Assembly (NCBI GenBank): GCA_035299765.1
Contig: DATGVZ010000095.1
Span: forward strand, 22,066-86,065
Reading direction: 5' to 3'
Length of the DNA: 64,000 nt
From: Gemmatimonadales bacterium
GTDB lineage: Bacteria; Gemmatimonadota; Gemmatimonadetes; Gemmatimonadales; GWC2-71-9
The position numbers and the translations under genes are program-made. Below, one piece after another: positions 51,736 to 60,410 of this stretch (position 1 is the stretch's first letter; the number at the start of each line of letters is the position of its first letter). Under the pieces are notes generated by a model, which worked only from the letters and a program-made list of their open reading frames with translations, ran no database searches and was not told the DNA's origin.

Positions 51736-53267
51736 CGAAGGCGGCCACCGCATCCCGGGCGTACGCCATGTACGTCCTTGGGCTGCTGACGCTGGTCAAT
51801 CTTCTCAATTACCTCGACCGCAACGTCGTCTACGCGGTGTTCGAGCCGATCAAACGCGATCTCCACCTCTCCGATGCGCAGCTCGGCTGGCTCGGTTCGG
51901 CGTACATCGTGGTCCTCTCGTTGGCCGCCCTGCCGCTCGGCGTGATCGGTGACCTGCGCTCGCGCCGAAGCGTCATCACGTGGGGCGTCACGGTTTGGAG
52001 CGTCGCGACGGCAGCGGGAGGCCTCGTCCATCGCTTCTGGCAGCTGTTCAGCTGCCGCGCGCTGGTGGGATTTGGCGAGGCCGGCTACGGTCCCGCTTCG
52101 CAGGCGATCATCGCGCAATACTACAAAGGCAAACGCCGCGCCTTTGCGATCGGCGTGTACTCGGTCGGCATGGCGCTGGGTGGAGTCTTGGGCATCTGGT
52201 TCGGGGGCGTCATCGCCGAGACGTATGGGTGGCGGAGCGCGTTCATCTGGATGGGCGTGCCTGGCTTGGTGCTCGCGGTGTTGGCGTCGCGCTTACGAGA
52301 ACTGGATCGCCGGCCACCACCGCCGATCATGGACACGTTGCGCGAGTGGTGGCGGCATGGAATGCACGGCGTGACGCACTACGTCATGCCGCTCGCGATC
52401 TGCGCCGGTGCGGGCGCCCTGGTGGCCGGGTTCCTCGCGCTGTTCGAAGACATTCCGTCCCAGGTCGGCACGGCCGTGTTCAGCATCGGCGTGAGCGCCG
52501 GCGTCGCATGGACAGTGTGGCGGCTCGTGCCGCTCGCGGTGCGACGGACGACCGAGGCCGGAGCCGTGGCCGCCGGTGCGCTCGGTGAATTTCAGCACGC
52601 GGCCGCTTTAGTGCTGCGTACCCCAACGTTGATCTGGATATTCCTCGGCGGCGCCATGGTGACATTCGCGGCGAACGGACTAATTGCCTGGGCGGCGACG
52701 TTCATGCAGCGCGTGCACGGGCTCTCGGTCACGCGCGTCGGCGCAGAATTCGGCATCTGGGGCCTCGCCGGCGGCGTGACAGGAGCGCTATTCGGCGGCC
52801 GGCTCGCGGACCGGCTGCAGCAGCGCTGGGGCGGCGGACGCGTCCTCGCGAGCGGAACGGGCTTCGTCCTCGGCGCTCCGGTCTGCGCGGCGCTGATCTT
52901 GGTCGATGATCTGCGCTGGTTCGGCCCGCTCGTCCTGGCGACGTATTTCCTCTATACGTGGTACAACGGGCCCGTCGCCGCCGTCATTCTCGACGTCGTG
53001 CCCGCGGCCGTACAAGCGTCAGTGCTCGGCGCGTTCGTCCTGTTCTCGCATCTCGCCGGAGATGCCCTCGCGCCGCCACTCATTGGGTATCTGTCCGACC
53101 AGATGGGCAGCATCCGGACGGCGATGCTGTTGCTGCCTGCCGTCGGTCTGCTCGGCGGCGCCGTCATACTTATCGGGCTCACAACAGTCGGCCGGGATAT
53201 GAGGCGGGTGAGCGCTCTTGACCTCCATGTGTCTGGCCCGCGTTCCGGGCACGACGCTCCGAGTTGA
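51732..53267 (+). CDS. MFS transporter (Spinster-like)
   Basis: Multi-TM protein with the MFS motif [11 protein letters not shown]. Confidence 0.85.
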
Positions 53268-53276
53268 GGTAGGGTC

Positions 53277-54275
53277 TTGAAGATCGCGGTGATTTTCGAC
53301 GCGTTGCATCCCGAATGGGAGGATGCGGACTTCAAGCGCGAGATCGAGCAGAAGGCGGAGGAAGCGGAATACGACGTCGCGCGCGCGCTGATCGCCGGCG
53401 GGCACGACGTGCTCATGATCGGGATCGGCGACGACGTCGGCCCGATGCTCGCGAAGATGGCGACTTTTGAACCTAAGCTCGTGTTCAACGGCTGCGAGGG
53501 CTTCCGCAAGAACGCACGTCATGAGTATGCGATCGCTGCGCTGCTGGATATGTATGGCTACCGCTATACCGGATCGTCGCCGACCGCATTGCTCGTCGCG
53601 CGCAACAAGTCGCTGACCAAGAAGATTCTCGCCTATCACGGCATCCGCGTGCCGGCGTTCGCCGAGTTTCACGATGGCCACGAGCTGGTGCGCCCGTCCG
53701 AGCTGCGCTTTCCACTCATCGTCAAGCCATTGCTCGAGGACGCGTCGATCGGCATCGCCCAGGCCTCTGTCGTAGAGGATGACGCGAGCCTGAAGCAGCG
53801 AGTCGAGTTCATTCACTCGAAGTTCCACCAGGCGGCGATCGTCGAGGAGCTGGTTGAGGGACGCGAGGTGTACGTCGGTCTGATCGGCAACGCTGACGTC
53901 GAGGTCCTGCCGCTGACGGAAATGACCTTCGGCGAGCCCGAGACGACCGAGCACCGCATCGCGACCTACAAAGCGAAATGGGACGAGGACTACCGCAAAC
54001 GTAAGAAGATCAGGAACGTGTTCGCTAAAGGCGTCTCGGACGAGCTGACCAAGCGTATCGGCGAGATCTGCAGCACCGCCTTCCACGCGTTGTGGCTTCA
54101 GGACTACGGCCGTGTTGACGTGCGTTTGACGCACGACGACGAGGTCTATGTCCTCGAGGTGAATCCCAACCCCTTCATTGCCGCCGAGCACGAGATGGCG
54201 GAAGCTGCGGCAAAGGCGGGGCTCAAGTACAACGCGTTCATCCAGCGCATCGTGGACGAGGCGTTGGCCCGGTGA
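53277..54275 (+). CDS. ATP-grasp enzyme (D-Ala-D-Ala-ligase-like family)
   Basis: MKIAVIF.., DKSLTKK-like NKSLTKKIL, PLIVKPLLEDASIGI, and C-terminal EVNPNP. TTG start. Confidence 0.85.
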   Translation: MKIAVIFDALHPEWEDADFKREIEQKAEEAEYDVARALIAGGHDVLMIGIGDDVGPMLAKMATFEPKLVFNGCEGFRKNARHEYAIAALLDMYGYRYTGSSPTALLVARNKSLTKKILAYHGIRVPAFAEFHDGHELVRPSELRFPLIVKPLLEDASIGIAQASVVEDDASLKQRVEFIHSKFHQAAIVEELVEGREVYVGLIGNADVEVLPLTEMTFGEPETTEHRIATYKAKWDEDYRKRKKIRNVFAKGVSDELTKRIGEICSTAFHALWLQDYGRVDVRLTHDDEVYVLEVNPNPFIAAEHEMAEAAAKAGLKYNAFIQRIVDEALAR

Positions 54276-55264
54276 GTAAGCGCGAAGTCCCGACCCCCGA
54301 GCTGCGCTGCCCGAGGTGCCACACCGAGCTGGAGCGCTTCTGGAGCCACTGCCCGAGCTGCAGTCACCGGCTCGAGTGGCCCGATACGCAACGCGAGACT
54401 GGCGCCGAGTGTGCGTACTGCGGGTGGATCGTGTCGGACGCGTTCTCATTCTGTCCCTGGTGCGGCCGCAACATCCAGGACGAGGACTCGAGCGAAGAGC
54501 CGCTCAAGGCGCCGAAGGGATTCAAGTATCACGCCCGGTGCGATTGGGGCTGCGGCGGCGGCGTCATGTACCCGATGCCCTTCTGCCCCTGGTGCGGCCG
54601 GACGCAAACCTGGCGCTACGATCACTTCCAGAACGCCTGCCCACATTGCGACCGGGGCGTGGACGACTGGATGGCGACCTGCCCGTGGTGCGGCGAGGAC
54701 GCCACCGGCCGCGATCTGATCCCCCGTGCCCTGCGTCGAGCACGCCGCTTGCTCATCGTGGCGCGCCTACGCGACTGGCACTATCGCGTCGTGCTGCGCC
54801 CGGGCGTGTCCGGCGTCGCGCCGCGCGCGCCGAAGGTCATCGAGCTCGACCGCCGTTACGTCACCGGCAAGCGCCGCCGCGATGAGATCTCCTGGAACAT
54901 GCTGACGGGGTTGCTGCTCCACGAGCTGGGGCACTCGTTCCTCTATCACCACTGGTCGTGGACCCGCACTGGCCGGTTTCGCCGCGCTTTTGGCGAGGTG
55001 CGCAAAGCCTATCGCGTCGTCGACGAGCATTGGGTGGATTTCGAGCGGCGCCGCATCGCGACGACGCTGACCGACTACGTCAGCGCGTATGCGGCGACCC
55101 ACCCGCAGGAAGATTTCGCGGAGACGTTCCGCTTCTACGTCGCACGCCGCGGCCGGCTCCGCGAGCTATTCGCGGAGTTCGGCCGGAAGCGCAAAGGCGT
55201 GCCGTTGTACGAGAAGTTCCTCGTCCTGCACGACTTCGTCCGCAGTCTGCGTGGATGGCGCTAG
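54272..55264 (+). CDS. four-zinc-ribbon protein fused to a putative HExxH zinc metallopeptidase domain
   Basis: Four CxxC..CPxC units (CPRC..CPSC, CAYC..CPWC, CDWGC..CPWC, CPHC..CPWC), then LLLHELGHSF and EDFAETFRFY. GTGA overlap with the ATP-grasp gene. Confidence 0.8.
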   Translation: MSKREVPTPELRCPRCHTELERFWSHCPSCSHRLEWPDTQRETGAECAYCGWIVSDAFSFCPWCGRNIQDEDSSEEPLKAPKGFKYHARCDWGCGGGVMYPMPFCPWCGRTQTWRYDHFQNACPHCDRGVDDWMATCPWCGEDATGRDLIPRALRRARRLLIVARLRDWHYRVVLRPGVSGVAPRAPKVIELDRRYVTGKRRRDEISWNMLTGLLLHELGHSFLYHHWSWTRTGRFRRAFGEVRKAYRVVDEHWVDFERRRIATTLTDYVSAYAATHPQEDFAETFRFYVARRGRLRELFAEFGRKRKGVPLYEKFLVLHDFVRSLRGWR

Positions 55265-55698
55265 TAGAGCGTGACGTTGAGCCCGAACAGCAGCTGAAGC
55301 GACGAATTGCCGTGAAATAGGCCGCGCCCCTCGACGTACGGATGCGTCCGCCCGTAGCGCGTCTCGAAGCCCCCGAACAGATCGAAGCCGGTGTCCGAGT
55401 TCCCGCTCGCCCGCAGGATGTTCAATCCACCGCCGAAGTACAGCGGCGTGCCCAAGCTGCGGAATTTGAGGTCCGCATTGAAGCCAACGAGCGATCCGGC
55501 GTCCACCAGGTAATAGTCGAACGACGGGTAGAACTCGATCGACCGCGACACCGGCATGTGGAGCTGCGCGCCGATCAGCCAGTCATCGCTATCGAAGTTG
55601 TAACCGCCGTGCACGCCGAAGTGCGAGCGTTGAGCCACTGCGCGGGAAACGCCGGCGGCACTCAGGAGCAGCACGAGCGCCATGAGAATGCGTCGCAT
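55261..55698 (-). CDS. small outer-membrane beta-barrel protein
   Basis: Signal peptide MRRILMALVLLLSAAGVSRAVAQ, alternating beta-strand pattern, and a C-terminal aromatic residue (..NVTLY). Confidence 0.75.
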   Translation of the reverse strand: MRRILMALVLLLSAAGVSRAVAQRSHFGVHGGYNFDSDDWLIGAQLHMPVSRSIEFYPSFDYYLVDAGSLVGFNADLKFRSLGTPLYFGGGLNILRASGNSDTGFDLFGGFETRYGRTHPYVEGRGLFHGNSSLQLLFGLNVTLY

Positions 55699-55741
55699 GA
55701 TGTCCGGTCCTCCGGTTCAAGTGCGCGTCCTCTACCCGGGG

Positions 55742-55788
55742 ACCGGCCACGGGTTCGGGGGTTCCCGCCCCGCGCCCCGTGGTCCGGT
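55742..55788 (-). terminator. GC-rich hairpin between the DsrE-like gene and the OMP gene (U-tract absent)
   Basis: accggccacggg / cccgtggtccggt arms with a nested gggg..cccc pair. There is no T-run, so it could be a terminator or a 5'-UTR structure. Confidence 0.3.
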
Positions 55789-55813
55789 GAGCCGTGTCAC
55801 AAACCGTGATGCG

Positions 55814-56470
55814 TCAGCCCGCGAAGCAGTACGCGCACCCCTTCTCCTGCGACCGTGCCACCGCGAGCACGCCCGACGGCACGACCTGCGCGCCCGGAAT
55901 GAGACCGGCGACCCACTCTGCCTTCACGGCTGCCGGGTCCAGTCCCATCTTCTGCGCGACTGCGCCGCTGTAAATCGTCAGGGCGACGTTGCAGACGCCG
56001 AACTGGGCGCCGCTCGCCAGTAGCTGCTCGATACCCGTACCGGGGAGCGGCAGCGGCATCTGTTTCGCGAAGACGTTACGCGTCGCGGCCGCATCGCCGT
56101 CCTTGATGTTGAACACTTCGCCGAGCTTGTACTTCGCCCAGAGTGCATCGTGCATCGCGATCGGTATGCCGGCATGTCGCAGCACGATGACGGCGGAGTT
56201 GTCGGTGTCCTTGGTGCCGTAGTTCTCGTTGTTGCCGTTGAGCCAGACGCGCGGCCAGACGACCGGCATCCCGCTGTTCACCTCGGGCGCGTCGAACAAC
56301 ATCTTGTGCTTTCCCGTGATCTTGTTGAGCCACGCCTCGAACGCCGCGTCGGCGGCGTTCTCGGGGATGCGGCGCGTCTTCGTCGCTGCCTCGAGGCTCA
56401 GCGGCGTTAAGCTCGCCAGGCCGGCAGCGGTCGATGCAGCGAGAGTGCCAAGAAATCCACGTCTATACAT
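55814..56470 (-). CDS. Tat-exported DsrE/DsrF-like family protein
   Basis: ORF 55814..56539 trimmed to MYRRGFLGTLAASTAAGLA (twin-arginine motif). Contains a DsrE-like GAQFGVCNVAL motif. Confidence 0.7.
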   Translation of the reverse strand: MYRRGFLGTLAASTAAGLASLTPLSLEAATKTRRIPENAADAAFEAWLNKITGKHKMLFDAPEVNSGMPVVWPRVWLNGNNENYGTKDTDNSAVIVLRHAGIPIAMHDALWAKYKLGEVFNIKDGDAAATRNVFAKQMPLPLPGTGIEQLLASGAQFGVCNVALTIYSGAVAQKMGLDPAAVKAEWVAGLIPGAQVVPSGVLAVARSQEKGCAYCFAG

Positions 56471-56481
56471 AGTGAGCCTCC

Positions 56482-57348
56482 TCAGTGGTGAGCCCGAGTT
56501 GGATAGGCAACATCGGGCGGTGGATCGCCATTCGGCCAATCATTCTCTTTCCCTTTGTAGTCAACACGGGGGTGTGCATTGATGAAGGTTGCCACGTCAA
56601 AGGCCTGCTGGTCGGCGAGCGAGCCGGGCCCATCGAACGGCATGTTGCGACTGATGAACTCGGCGGCCGTGCGCGCGCGCGACATCCCGGCGCCGATGTT
56701 GTAGGACTGCGGTCCCCAGACGGGCGGCGCGCCTGGTGTTCCCTCGCCCGCCGCGCCGTGACATTTGGCGCACGATGCCGAGAACACCCGCGCGCCGGCG
56801 GCGGTATCGGCGGTGAACGTCGCCCACTTCTGCAATCGACCGCCTGCGCCCGCCGCTGGCGGCGCGACCGCAACGCCACGCGATAGAAACGCGAAGTAGG
56901 TGAGGATGTCCCGCATGTCGACTCCAGCGGGATCGATCGCGGTGCCGTTCATGCTGCGGCGAAAACAGTCGTTGACGCGGTATTCGATCGTCTCGACCAC
57001 ACCACTACGCGGCCGGTATTGCGGATAGCGCGCGAACACTCCGATCCAGGTGCCATTCTCGCGCCGGCCTTCATCCAGGTGACAACTCGTACATCGCAGC
57101 TTGTTGCCGACGTGTTCGGGCAGGCTGTCGCGCGTGGCCACGAGCAGGGCTCGTCCCCGCCGCACGGAATTTCCATACGGACCGGCGGGAATCAGCGAAT
57201 CCGCAGGTCCGCGCGTAGCTGCGACCTGACGAGCCGAATCAGACCGGGAGCATCCGATTATCCCGGTCATGCAGAAAAGAACAGGCCACTTAATCGACGG
57301 CACGGGGCGCACGGAGCGAGATAATACCGGCATTTCCGGGGGCGGCAA
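56482..57348 (-). CDS. tsdA: diheme c-type cytochrome, TsdA/SoxA-like (putative thiosulfate dehydrogenase)
   Basis: Two CxxCH motifs (CTSCH, CAKCH) about 107 residues apart, with a Cys in VNDCFRRSMNG 38 residues after the first heme His. Lipobox-like GIIGCS. Confidence 0.7.
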   Translation of the reverse strand: MPPPEMPVLSRSVRPVPSIKWPVLFCMTGIIGCSRSDSARQVAATRGPADSLIPAGPYGNSVRRGRALLVATRDSLPEHVGNKLRCTSCHLDEGRRENGTWIGVFARYPQYRPRSGVVETIEYRVNDCFRRSMNGTAIDPAGVDMRDILTYFAFLSRGVAVAPPAAGAGGRLQKWATFTADTAAGARVFSASCAKCHGAAGEGTPGAPPVWGPQSYNIGAGMSRARTAAEFISRNMPFDGPGSLADQQAFDVATFINAHPRVDYKGKENDWPNGDPPPDVAYPTRAHH

Positions 57349-57402
57349 CCTTCGACGCGTTCATCCTATCCAAACGGGCGTATCCCTCACCCAGAAAGCC
57401 GA

Positions 57403-58707
57403 ATGATTGCTCAACTGATCGCCGCCGCACTCGTCATTACCCAAACCCGGCCCGCATTGGATTCTGCAACCGTGACGCGGGTCCTCGATCAACTCAAGGC
57501 GGCCGACTCGACGGTTTGTGCTCTCGCCGGTGAAGCGCTGACCGGGTACGGCGGCTGGGGATGGGAGAACTGGGGCTACACTGATCAAGTGATGCCCATG
57601 CCTCAGCCGATGCCGACTCCAACGCCGATGCCCAGGGGCGGCGATGGCGAGATACCGGTGCACTGGCGCATGCACGGCAGATCGCACGATCTCGATCCCG
57701 GAGTCTTACAGGCCTTCCGAGCGGTGATCCGCGACGACAACCGCTGCGTTCGCAACATCGCTGCGCGCGTGCTGGGGACTCACGGTGGTGCGGCGTCGTA
57801 CGACCTGTTTCTCGGATTGCTGCGCGACTCGCGTCCCGACCTACGGGAGACCGGCGCGTTGGGTCTCGGTGAGCTCGAGGACTCCCGCGCGATCGGACCG
57901 TTGAGCGACGCCCTCAAGAGCGACAACGATGTGGCTGTGCGCGTACGAGCCGCATGGGCGCTCGGTGAGATACAGGACAAAGTGGCGACCGAGACGCTCG
58001 CGCGCGCGTTAGGCGATCGCTCGCCTCAGGTGCGCCGCACGGCCGCTTGGGCACTTGGCGAGATCCAGGACAAACAGTCGGTTCACCCGCTGAGCGTGGC
58101 GTTGAGCGATGCCGCCGCCGATGTGCGGCTGACGGCCGTGTGGGCGCTTGGAGAGATCCAGGATGCCTCCGCCGTCCCGCTGCTCGCCAACACCACAAAG
58201 GACCGGGACCCGCGTGTTCGCGAGGCGGCTGCGTGGGCGCTCGGCGAGATCCAAAGTGGGCAAAGCATCGCCGCGCTCGAAGCATTGCTCCGCGACCAGT
58301 CGGCGGATGTTCGCAAGACCGCGCTGTGGGCGCTCGGCGAAATTCAGGACGGCAGTGGCGTCGAGCCCGCCTCCGCTGCCCTCAAGGACGCCGATCCGGA
58401 CGTGCGTACAGTCGCGGCATGGGCGCTGGGCGAGATTCAGGATGAGCGCGCGGTCACGCCGCTCGTGACGGCGCTCAAGGACACCGACAGCGACGTGCGC
58501 GCGACAGCCGCGTGGGCCTTAGGCGAGATCCAGAGTCCGCGGGCGCGGGAAGGATTGACGGCGGCGCAGCGTGACGAGTCTGGAGCGGTTCGCCATGCGG
58601 CGATTTGGGCGTTGCGGCAATTGAGCGACAACGAAGCAGGCGACGACGGCATTCACGTGCACGTACACCCGCACGTGCACGTTCATGTCTCGAAGGTCAA
58701 GCCTTGA
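57403..58707 (+). CDS. HEAT-repeat (PBS-lyase HEAT-like) protein with His-rich tail
   Basis: Eight or nine repeats of D..VR..AAWALGEIQD, and the C-terminal HVHVHPHVHVHV. Confidence 0.85.
   Translation: MIAQLIAAALVITQTRPALDSATVTRVLDQLKAADSTVCALAGEALTGYGGWGWENWGYTDQVMPMPQPMPTPTPMPRGGDGEIPVHWRMHGRSHDLDPGVLQAFRAVIRDDNRCVRNIAARVLGTHGGAASYDLFLGLLRDSRPDLRETGALGLGELEDSRAIGPLSDALKSDNDVAVRVRAAWALGEIQDKVATETLARALGDRSPQVRRTAAWALGEIQDKQSVHPLSVALSDAAADVRLTAVWALGEIQDASAVPLLANTTKDRDPRVREAAAWALGEIQSGQSIAALEALLRDQSADVRKTALWALGEIQDGSGVEPASAALKDADPDVRTVAAWALGEIQDERAVTPLVTALKDTDSDVRATAAWALGEIQSPRAREGLTAAQRDESGAVRHAAIWALRQLSDNEAGDDGIHVHVHPHVHVHVSKVKP
57856..58640 (+). repeat. in-frame 93-bp (31-codon) tandem periodicity encoding HEAT-like repeats
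   Basis: The (A/V/L/I)W codon pair that opens each WALGEIQ motif (WALRQL in the last copy) starts at 57952, 58045, 58138, 58231, 58324, 58417, 58510 and 58603, exactly 93 nt apart. Confidence 0.85.
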
Positions 58708-60298
58708 TCCGACCTCGCTCGACCATCTTGAAGTAGTCGCGAAGCTCCTCGGCCTCTCGGGAATCGTCCCAGTCGAGGAGCTTCTTCATGCGGCCGGCGA
58801 CGACCGCCGCGATGGCGTGCGCGTGATCGCGCAGCTCGTAGAAGAGATGCAGTCGCCGGATGAGCACGTCCTGCACCCGCACCGCCATTTCGCGTTCGAC
58901 GGCGTAGTTGACCTCCGCCCAGATCTCCGGCCGGCCTGTGATGAGCAGGTCGCCCAATGAGCGGTCGCGATCCACATAGTTCAGGATTGCAGCCGCCTCA
59001 CTTCCATAGTTCGCGACGAGATGGCGCGCGGTGGCCTCCGAAGCGCCTCGAGCTCGTGCCGCTTCCACCAGCACCTCCAACTCCGCTGCCTCGCCTCCCG
59101 GCAGCGGCAAGCGATCCGTCGCCGGGCGCGGTGCCACGGGCCGCCCATCCAGCTCGTGCAGTCGAGCGGCGATGCGATCGACGACATCGCGTGCCATGAC
59201 GCGATAGGTGGTCAGCTTTCCGCCGGCGATCGTGATCAAACCGTGGGCGCTCTCCACGACGCGGTGCTCGCGCGACAGCTGTGACGGACTGGCGTGATCG
59301 TCCTGGCGAAGCAGTGGACGCAACCCCGCCCACGCGGAGACGATGTCCTTGGCGCCGAGGTGGGCGTCGGGAAAGGCGGCGTTGGCTGAGCGCAGCAGAT
59401 AGGTGACGTCGCCGGCGGTGACGCGCAGCGTGTCGGGCGACGAGTCGGCGTCGGTATCGGTAGTTCCGATGTAAGACAACTCTCCCCACGGAAGCACGAA
59501 CATCACCCGGCCGTCGAGCTGTGAGAGCAGTGTCACCGCGTGCTCGTTCGCGATGCGCCGCCGTTCGACGACGACATGAGCGCCCTTGGTCAGCCGCAAC
59601 AGCGGCTCGGCTGCGGGTTCATCGAGTCTCCGCAGAACATCCGACCATGGACCGGTCGCGTTGACGACCGCTTGGGCGCGGATGGTGAAGGTCTCGCCTG
59701 TCAACACGTCGCGGACGGCGGCGCCGCGCACGCGTCCGTCCGGCTTGAGCAGCGTGGACACTTCGACGTAGTTCGCGACGAGCGCCCCCGCGCGCGCCGC
59801 GCTGCGCGCCGTCGCGAGAACGAGACGGGCGTCGTCAGTCTGCGCATCGTAGTACAGCGCCGCGCCGACCAGCCCGCGCTCGCGCAACGCCGGCTCGACG
59901 CAACGCACCTTCTTGGGCCGCAGCCAGCGATGCGCGCGCACGTTACGGAACGCCGAGAGCACATCGTAGAGCCACATGCCGGCGCGCAGCTTCCACGCTG
60001 GAACCCGGCTGCCCCGGTACACCGGGAATAGGAACGCCAGTGGACGCACGAGGTGCGGCGCGATCTTCAGGAGCACACGGCGCTCGTGGCTCGCCTCGAA
60101 CACCAGGTGCAAAGCGCCCTGCTCGAGGTACCGGATGCCGCCGTGAATCAGTCGCGATGAATGTGAGGACGTGCCCGCGCCGAAGTCCGCTTTGTCAATC
60201 AGGGCCGTGCGAAAGCCGCGCAACGCCGCATCACGCGCAATGCCGACTCCGGTTATGCCGCCGCCGATGATCAGCACGTCCACCGGAGTCTCAGCCAT
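58697..60298 (-). CDS. glpD: FAD-dependent glycerol-3-phosphate dehydrogenase
   Basis: ORF 58697..60490 trimmed to MAETPVDVLIIGGGITGVGIARDAALRG. Contains SSHSSRLIHGGIRYLE. Confidence 0.9.
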   Translation of the reverse strand: MAETPVDVLIIGGGITGVGIARDAALRGFRTALIDKADFGAGTSSHSSRLIHGGIRYLEQGALHLVFEASHERRVLLKIAPHLVRPLAFLFPVYRGSRVPAWKLRAGMWLYDVLSAFRNVRAHRWLRPKKVRCVEPALRERGLVGAALYYDAQTDDARLVLATARSAARAGALVANYVEVSTLLKPDGRVRGAAVRDVLTGETFTIRAQAVVNATGPWSDVLRRLDEPAAEPLLRLTKGAHVVVERRRIANEHAVTLLSQLDGRVMFVLPWGELSYIGTTDTDADSSPDTLRVTAGDVTYLLRSANAAFPDAHLGAKDIVSAWAGLRPLLRQDDHASPSQLSREHRVVESAHGLITIAGGKLTTYRVMARDVVDRIAARLHELDGRPVAPRPATDRLPLPGGEAAELEVLVEAARARGASEATARHLVANYGSEAAAILNYVDRDRSLGDLLITGRPEIWAEVNYAVEREMAVRVQDVLIRRLHLFYELRDHAHAIAAVVAGRMKKLLDWDDSREAEELRDYFKMVERGRIKA

Positions 60299-60410
60299 GG
60301 ACGCCAGGGCGGCTGCGCGCGTGCGTTGCGAAAAGGGCGACTCCGCGGCCAACTCCCCTCCACTTGGGGCTGGTGGTAGGTTTCGATTCCCAGAAGGAGG
60401 GAAGAATCTA

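Noticed and set aside
53019-54449. 476-aa minus-strand ORF
   Set aside because: It is antisense to the MFS tail and the ATP-grasp gene, with low-complexity Arg/His/Asp composition.
57856-58640. Regular 93-bp repeat periodicity as a possible CRISPR array or satellite
   Set aside because: The repeats are in frame inside one ORF and encode HEAT-like repeats. The units are diverged at wobble positions, there is no repeat/spacer alternation and no cas genes are present.
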